Both the position numbers and the translations under genes were made by a program. DNA of 62,079 bases, from NCBI GenBank assembly GCA_964388745.1, contig CAYMBP010000002.1, positions 20,854 to 82,932 of the forward strand. The letters run 5' to 3'. The notes below the pieces were generated by a model. The model worked only from the letters and a program-made list of their open reading frames with translations. It searched no databases and had not been told where the DNA came from. The DNA is from an uncultured Pseudomonadota bacterium. Lineage in GTDB: Bacteria; Babelota; Babeliae; Babelales; RVW-14. Shown here piece after piece: positions 56,790 through 62,079 of this stretch (the first letter of the stretch is position 1; each line of letters begins with the position of its first letter).

Positions 56790-57186
56790 ACCTAAAAAAA
56801 TAGCAGCCGCAGTTATAGAACAAGGTGATAAAATTTTAATTGCACAACGTAGCAATAAAAATGATGGGCTTGAAAATAAGTGGGAATTTCCTGGCGGAAA
56901 ACAAGAACCTGGAGAAACGCTTCAAGAATGTCTTAAACGAGAACTTTATGAAGAGTTTGGCATTGTCGCAAAAGTAGGAGAATATATTACCTGCAGCGCT
57001 TTCACTCACAAAAATACTTATTTTGAAATGGAAGTCTTTAAAGTTCCTTCATTTACAGGAACCATTACGCTTTTTGAACATAAAGAAATTCGATGGATAA
57101 CTCGCAAAGAGTTACCAAATTTTGACTACCCCCAACCAGATTTACCAATTGTTGAATTGCTCATGAAAGAAAACCCCTCTCTTTAA
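56773..57186 (+). CDS. MutT-type NUDIX hydrolase
   Basis: The Nudix box is GGKQEPGETLQECLKRELYEEFGI. The overall layout matches MutT/NudG (KIAAAVIEQGDKILIAQR...WEFPGG). It overlaps the upstream gene by 17 nt. Confidence 0.85.
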   Translation: MHNSIKPKKIAAAVIEQGDKILIAQRSNKNDGLENKWEFPGGKQEPGETLQECLKRELYEEFGIVAKVGEYITCSAFTHKNTYFEMEVFKVPSFTGTITLFEHKEIRWITRKELPNFDYPQPDLPIVELLMKENPSL

Positions 57187-57204
57187 TTTGACCAAGGATA
57201 TTGC

Positions 57205-57726
57205 ATGTTTACAGTTTATAACCGACAAGCACTGCTTTCTTTATTTTGTTTTCTATCTCAACTCATTACTCTACAAGCACAACAATGCTATATTCTTACG
57301 CCTAACACTCTTAAAAAAGTTTATAAAAAAAAGTTTCCTAATAACCAAATAGAACAAGATATTTTATTTGGCAAATGTGCAGAAATCAGGGAAGCCTTAA
57401 AGGCCGCTCTATCTATCAAATGCAACTCAATTGAGCAAGCATTAACCAAGGCTGGCTTTGTTAAAGCAAAGAGGCTAATAGCTTGCGAAAAACCAGAATA
57501 TATTTTGCATGAACGACTCTCCCAATCGACCCTTCCTGAAACACTTTCAGTAAATTTTAGCACTTTGCTTTATCAGCATTTCATCAAAAACCTTGAAGAA
57601 TATTTCCCACCAAACAGACTAAAAACAATCCTACAAATTAACCTCAATAATGAGACAGCATCTTGCTCTTGTTTTTTTGTTCAAGAAATAGAAAAGGCAT
57701 CTCTTTCTCAACAAATTAAAGAATAA
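57205..57726 (+). CDS. Secreted hypothetical protein
   Basis: 173-aa ORF. The signal-like N-terminus is ALLSLFCFLSQLITLQA. No family recognised. Confidence 0.55.
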   Translation: MFTVYNRQALLSLFCFLSQLITLQAQQCYILTPNTLKKVYKKKFPNNQIEQDILFGKCAEIREALKAALSIKCNSIEQALTKAGFVKAKRLIACEKPEYILHERLSQSTLPETLSVNFSTLLYQHFIKNLEEYFPPNRLKTILQINLNNETASCSCFFVQEIEKASLSQQIKE

Positions 57727-58072
57727 ACGTTTGAAGTTTTAGACAAATTAACACCTCAAACCCAAAGCATCAAAGTAAGTAAATAATAACTACTCCCTTG
57801 AAGCCTTCTTTTCGCCTTAAAATGATTATCTCCTCAAAAATATATGACTATATTTTTATCATGCATTTAATCGCTTATTTTATTAGATATGACTAGAGGG
57901 TAAATAATAGGGGCTAGCAATAGAGTCCAAGAATAACACCCTTAAATTAATAAATCTCTCGCTCATGCACTTTAATGTCATAAAATTATTTCATGAACTT
58001 ACTTGATTTTTATAGCAAATCAAGCACCCTATAACAAAAAGAATGATAATCATTCCAGAAAAAGGAGAGCTC

Positions 58073-59110
58073 GTGAAAAAAGCCGTTTTAGTTACTGGAG
58101 GTGCTGGGTATATAGGATCGCATGTTGCCTATGCCCTTCACATTCAAGGATACCATGTTATTATTCTTGATTCATTTCTTCATAAACAATCGATTCCTCT
58201 CAACTGGGGAACTACTATTAATGATGACTACGGCAATATTGATATCCTAGACCAACTCTTTTCAACGTACGTCATTGATGCAGTTATTCATCTTGCTGGG
58301 TACATTGAGGTTGGTGAATCAGTTAAAGATCCTGCACGCTTTTATCACAACAACGTTGTCAAAAGCCTCACTCTTTTTGATGCTATGAAAAAACACAATG
58401 TAAAAAAATGTATTTTTTCTTCTAGCTGCGCGGTCTATGGAAACCCAACAACACTGCCTATTAATGAACAACACATACTCGCCCCTCAAAACCCTTATGG
58501 AAAAACAAAGTTAGCAATTGAGTTTGCACTGCAAGATTATGCCCAAAGCTATGGATTTTCCTATATAATTTTACGTTATTTTAATGCAGCAGGAGCTTCT
58601 CCTGAGGCACATATTGGCGAACAACATGTACCAGAAACTCATGTTATTCCACTCTTGCTCAGAGCAGCTCGCACTAATAGCACCTTTACTCTATATGGTA
58701 ATAACTACGAAACAAAAGATGGAACCTGCATTCGAGACTATATTCATGTACGAGACATTGCCAATGCACATCTTAAAGCATATGCTCATTTGCAAAAACA
58801 GGCCCGTTCAAACATTTTTAACCTTGGCACAGGTGTTGGAAAAAGCATACAAGAGCTCATTGCTACTGCAGAAAAAGTATGTAATAAAAAAATTGCTCTA
58901 TCCATTAAACCGCGCCGGGCAGGAGACGTAGGTATTCTTATTGCAGACCCTCAAAAAGCTCATCAAATTCTTGGCTGGCGTGCAACTCACTCAGACCTTG
59001 TTGAGATGTTTTCAAGTGTCTATTTATGGGAAAATGATCAACAAAAGAGGTCTACAACTCATAAAAACCTTAAATCTGAAACTCAAACATTCAAACATAG
59101 CAATCCATAG
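58073..59110 (+). CDS. galE: UDP-glucose 4-epimerase
   Basis: VLVTGGAGYIGSH, SSSCAVYG and the catalytic YGKTK. I preferred the GTG at 58073 because GGAG lies at 58064-58067 (an in-frame ATG at 58043 lacks a Shine-Dalgarno sequence). Confidence 0.88.
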   Translation: MKKAVLVTGGAGYIGSHVAYALHIQGYHVIILDSFLHKQSIPLNWGTTINDDYGNIDILDQLFSTYVIDAVIHLAGYIEVGESVKDPARFYHNNVVKSLTLFDAMKKHNVKKCIFSSSCAVYGNPTTLPINEQHILAPQNPYGKTKLAIEFALQDYAQSYGFSYIILRYFNAAGASPEAHIGEQHVPETHVIPLLLRAARTNSTFTLYGNNYETKDGTCIRDYIHVRDIANAHLKAYAHLQKQARSNIFNLGTGVGKSIQELIATAEKVCNKKIALSIKPRRAGDVGILIADPQKAHQILGWRATHSDLVEMFSSVYLWENDQQKRSTTHKNLKSETQTFKHSNP

Positions 59111-59226
59111 CTCTATTTTTTCTTCAGAAACAATTCACGACATCAAAGAGAATAATCTTAATTATTTCCTTGCAGGGAGCATATGGTCCCTGCTCTTCTT
59201 CATGATAAAATATTAAGGAATTTAAT

Positions 59227-60780
59227 ATGATAAAAAAGTATAAAATAGAACTTCTCTGTATTATAAGCATAGCATTTATTGTTAGAGCTTTTATTTTTAT
59301 TGGATATCTTAGTGACAAAAATCGCTACTGGCAAGTAGACTCTGGAACTTATCACCATGTTGCAACTTCGCTTGCAACAGGAAAAGGGCTCTCTAATCCC
59401 GACGGAACTGATCACTTTTATCGCGTTCCCGGGTATCCATTTTTTTTATCTCTATTTTATCGAATAATCGGCATTGATACCAAAAATGTCTTGTGGCCAC
59501 AAATAATTATTGCTTCTCTTATTCCAGCACTTATCTTTCTACTTTCCATAACACTCTTTCCTGAAAGTTATGCCGTTGCTCTATTATCTGCAATCTGGTC
59601 TGTAATTCACCTAGGCTTTGTCTTGTATTCAGGATTTTTTATGACCGAGAGTCTTTTTATTTTTTTTTTACTACTTTTTTTCATTCTCTTTTTGCCTACT
59701 ATTAGATCATCTTCCATCACTGAAAAAAAAGATTTTCCACTTTTGGCTTCTTACTATACTTACTTATTTGACCCCCTTCCTGAAGCTCTTGGCGTATATC
59801 ATTTTATTAAAGACAAAGAGGCCAAACAACAAATCTTATCATACACAACAATCAAATATTCCTCACATCAAGAAGAAGCTATCGTTAACTGCTTGTGGGC
59901 CGGCATGCTCCTTGGCTGCGCAGCTCTTATACGTCCAGTAGGTCACTATCTTCTTATTCTATCAGTTATCATGCTCTTTCTTTTTCGACCTTCATGGTCC
60001 GACAAAATTAGTACAAGCTTTAGTCTCACCCTTGGCTGGCTCTTAACAGCGAGCTGGTGGCTTATTAGAAATTATGCGCTACTTGGCCACTTTTTTTTCC
60101 ACACACTTCCAGGAGGACATTTTCTTTATCTTTCAGCAGCTCGTGTTGCTATGGTACCCTACCAATGCACCTATCAAGAAGCCCGAAAAAAATTACATGC
60201 AGAAGCTGATCAATTAATGTATGAAAAAAGAGAAGAGCTTAAGCGCCCCCTCTCTCCCATTGAGGCATGCCTTATAAATGAAGAATTAGCAAAAAAGTAC
60301 TTTTTGAATAACCCATTTATCAGTCTTAAACTATGGGCAACCGATATATTTCGCACTATGTTTTCACTCTACTCTGCTGAAATTCTTTATCTTGAAAATA
60401 ATCGCAAGGAAATTGCCTACTTTGATAAAAGACATGGACTATGCCGTATGATTATGCGCTACCTTTTCCCTGAAACAGACTCTTGGAAACTTAAAATTTT
60501 AGTATATCTTGAAATTTTTCTCTTTTTTATTGTACTCTTGGGATTCGTGGGGGCTTTAGCTAAGGGCTTGCTTTGCTCACATTTTATTAATCTACGCGAA
60601 AAACTTTTAAACTGCATTCCCTTTATGGCTCTTTTTATTATCATCTCTTTGGCTGGAGGATATGCTCGAATGAGACTCCCAATTGAACCTTTTCTTATTA
60701 TATTTTCAAGCTGGTCGTGGATACAAAATACGAAAACTATAACCAAACAAATTAAGAGAAAGTTACAAAAAAAGGCATAG
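59227..60780 (+). CDS. GT-C fold membrane glycosyltransferase (ArnT/PMT_2-like)
   Basis: More than 10 TM segments. The N-terminal loop is YWQVDSGTYHHVATSLATGKGLSNPDGTDHFYRVPGYPFFLSLFY, typical of the ArnT/dolichyl-phosphate-mannose transferase family. Confidence 0.55.
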   Translation: MIKKYKIELLCIISIAFIVRAFIFIGYLSDKNRYWQVDSGTYHHVATSLATGKGLSNPDGTDHFYRVPGYPFFLSLFYRIIGIDTKNVLWPQIIIASLIPALIFLLSITLFPESYAVALLSAIWSVIHLGFVLYSGFFMTESLFIFFLLLFFILFLPTIRSSSITEKKDFPLLASYYTYLFDPLPEALGVYHFIKDKEAKQQILSYTTIKYSSHQEEAIVNCLWAGMLLGCAALIRPVGHYLLILSVIMLFLFRPSWSDKISTSFSLTLGWLLTASWWLIRNYALLGHFFFHTLPGGHFLYLSAARVAMVPYQCTYQEARKKLHAEADQLMYEKREELKRPLSPIEACLINEELAKKYFLNNPFISLKLWATDIFRTMFSLYSAEILYLENNRKEIAYFDKRHGLCRMIMRYLFPETDSWKLKILVYLEIFLFFIVLLGFVGALAKGLLCSHFINLREKLLNCIPFMALFIIISLAGGYARMRLPIEPFLIIFSSWSWIQNTKTITKQIKRKLQKKA

Positions 60781-60782
60781 CA

Positions 60783-61604
60783 ATGATACATCAAAAAAGA
60801 ATATCATATTTATTTTTGCTCTTTTTTATTAAAACTTCTTACTCTCTTAACAATCAAATAGCCTCTCATCTTCAACTACAATCAAAAACACCTGAAGCCC
60901 CCTACATAAAACAATTTTACATGATCAGTGATCAATATGGCACAACAGGATCTCTTATCATCTTAAAGATTGCATCATCAACTAATGAGCAAATTGAATG
61001 GATGAAGCTACCAGTAAATGTGCTCTATGATCAGAAGAGCAAGCTTGAACAAGAAGTAATTGCAATAGGAAAAATCAACTATTCCTCCCAAATAACAATG
61101 CAAAAGCTTGAAGATGAATACAGCGCTCTGCATCCATGGGAAAAGCTCATTAAGGGGAAAAAAATAAAAAATGAAATTGAAGCACTTCAACAATCTCACC
61201 AAAGATTACTAGATCGCATTGAAAATATTATGGAAACAATGCAAATAATTAACCAAGCAATTGGCTTTCACCAAACCCACACCTTTGAAATTTACTATCC
61301 TTCATCGTACAACAATAGAGTAGAAATAATTCATATTATGCCCCTCAGGCAAGAACTTATAATACTTAAAGAGAGCCCCTCTTTTCAAATAATTACAAGC
61401 TACCAAGAAAAAGAGAGCAAGCCCTCATTGCACAATAACAAGGAGTATCAACAGGCAAAAGAAGCCCTATTCAATCAGTTACGTGATCTTTATAGAAAGA
61501 CTAAGTTTTACGCTGCTCGCGCACAAGAACTCAATCTTGTAGAAAAAACAGAGTTTGATCTCATACAAGAAGAAATATCATACTTGGGGAAAAACCTTAT
61601 CTAA
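60783..61604 (+). CDS. Secreted hypothetical protein, tandem family C member 1
   Basis: Signal peptide ISYLFLLFFIKTSYS. It shares YIKQFY..QYGTTGSLIILKIASSTNEQIEWM with the next gene. Confidence 0.6.
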   Translation: MIHQKRISYLFLLFFIKTSYSLNNQIASHLQLQSKTPEAPYIKQFYMISDQYGTTGSLIILKIASSTNEQIEWMKLPVNVLYDQKSKLEQEVIAIGKINYSSQITMQKLEDEYSALHPWEKLIKGKKIKNEIEALQQSHQRLLDRIENIMETMQIINQAIGFHQTHTFEIYYPSSYNNRVEIIHIMPLRQELIILKESPSFQIITSYQEKESKPSLHNNKEYQQAKEALFNQLRDLYRKTKFYAARAQELNLVEKTEFDLIQEEISYLGKNLI

Positions 61605-61630
61605 CCTCAAAAGTATAAAGGAGTTTTAAA

Positions 61631-62079
61631 ATGATATACAAAAAAGAATATCTTCTTGCAGTCAGCACTATCTTTTTTACTATCCAGCTACGCACAGAAC
61701 AGGCAGAGCAATTTCTTGATAAATCATATGACCAAAGTGCTCTCTATATCAAAAACTATAAACGCATTCAAAAAGAATATGACACAACTGGTGTGAAAAA
61801 GTTATTAAAAATTGTCAGTGCAACAAATGATCAAATCTACTGGATTACCCAAAAAGAAAGCGAGCTCCTTGAGCATAAAAAACTCCTTGAAAATGAATGT
61901 CTTGTGCTACAAGATGCAGCAAAAAAGGTACATGATAAACAAGCACATTATAATGCCTATTGCAACATGATGAGCGAAACAGAGAAAATTGCTAACAAAA
62001 AAGAACTAGAAAGCGTTGCAAATAAAATAGTAGAAGAACAAAAAAGCCTTACAAATAAACTTAATCAACTTGCAAATCA
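61631..62079 (+). CDS. Secreted hypothetical protein, tandem family C member 2 (3' end lies outside the window)
   Basis: GGAG at 61620-61623 precedes the ATG at 61631. It contains YIKNYK..EYDTTGVKKLLKIVSATNDQIYWI. The frame is open to the window edge. Confidence 0.6.
   Translation, partial: MIYKKEYLLAVSTIFFTIQLRTEQAEQFLDKSYDQSALYIKNYKRIQKEYDTTGVKKLLKIVSATNDQIYWITQKESELLEHKKLLENECLVLQDAAKKVHDKQAHYNAYCNMMSETEKIANKKELESVANKIVEEQKSLTNKLNQLAN

Overview
This is an AT-rich bacterial chromosomal window with about 60 genes, tightly packed and often overlapping. I found no transposase, integrase, CRISPR array or rRNA.

Housekeeping genes make up roughly half of the window:
- 3' end of lon
- rpsF-rpsR
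- typA
- murG, lgt
- dnaG-rpoD
- truA-cdsA
- nfeD plus an SPFH gene
- uvrC
- an HU gene
- miaB followed by tRNA-Cys and tRNA-Leu
- ychF
- hisS
- galE

The rest looks accessory and host-interaction-like.
1. An 11-12 kb single-strand glycan locus (42.2-54.1 kb) carries five GT4 glycosyltransferases, a CgeB-like transferase, three methyltransferases, ugd and a Wzx-type flippase.
2. There are three sets of tandem paralogous signal-peptide proteins with no recognisable family: 5.8-7.6 kb, 36.6-40.7 kb and 60.8-62.1 kb.
3. There are eukaryote-like proteins: a signal-peptide ankyrin-repeat protein, and a signal-peptide protein with a one-zinc-site SP-RING/U-box-like module.
4. A highly divergent thymidylate-synthase-fold protein with a hydrophobic N-terminus is translationally coupled to a MutT/NUDIX hydrolase.
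5. The sigma-70 gene has a ~125-aa Lys/Ser/Thr-rich, histone-H1-like N-terminal extension.
6. A coiled-coil surface protein contains a near-identical 207-bp tandem duplication.

Eight of the signal-peptide proteins share a Met exactly at the predicted signal-peptide junction. The gene content suggests a reduced, host-associated (possibly intracellular, Dependentiae/TM6-like) bacterium, but that taxonomic guess is inference only. All family calls come from motif recognition by eye; no searches were run.
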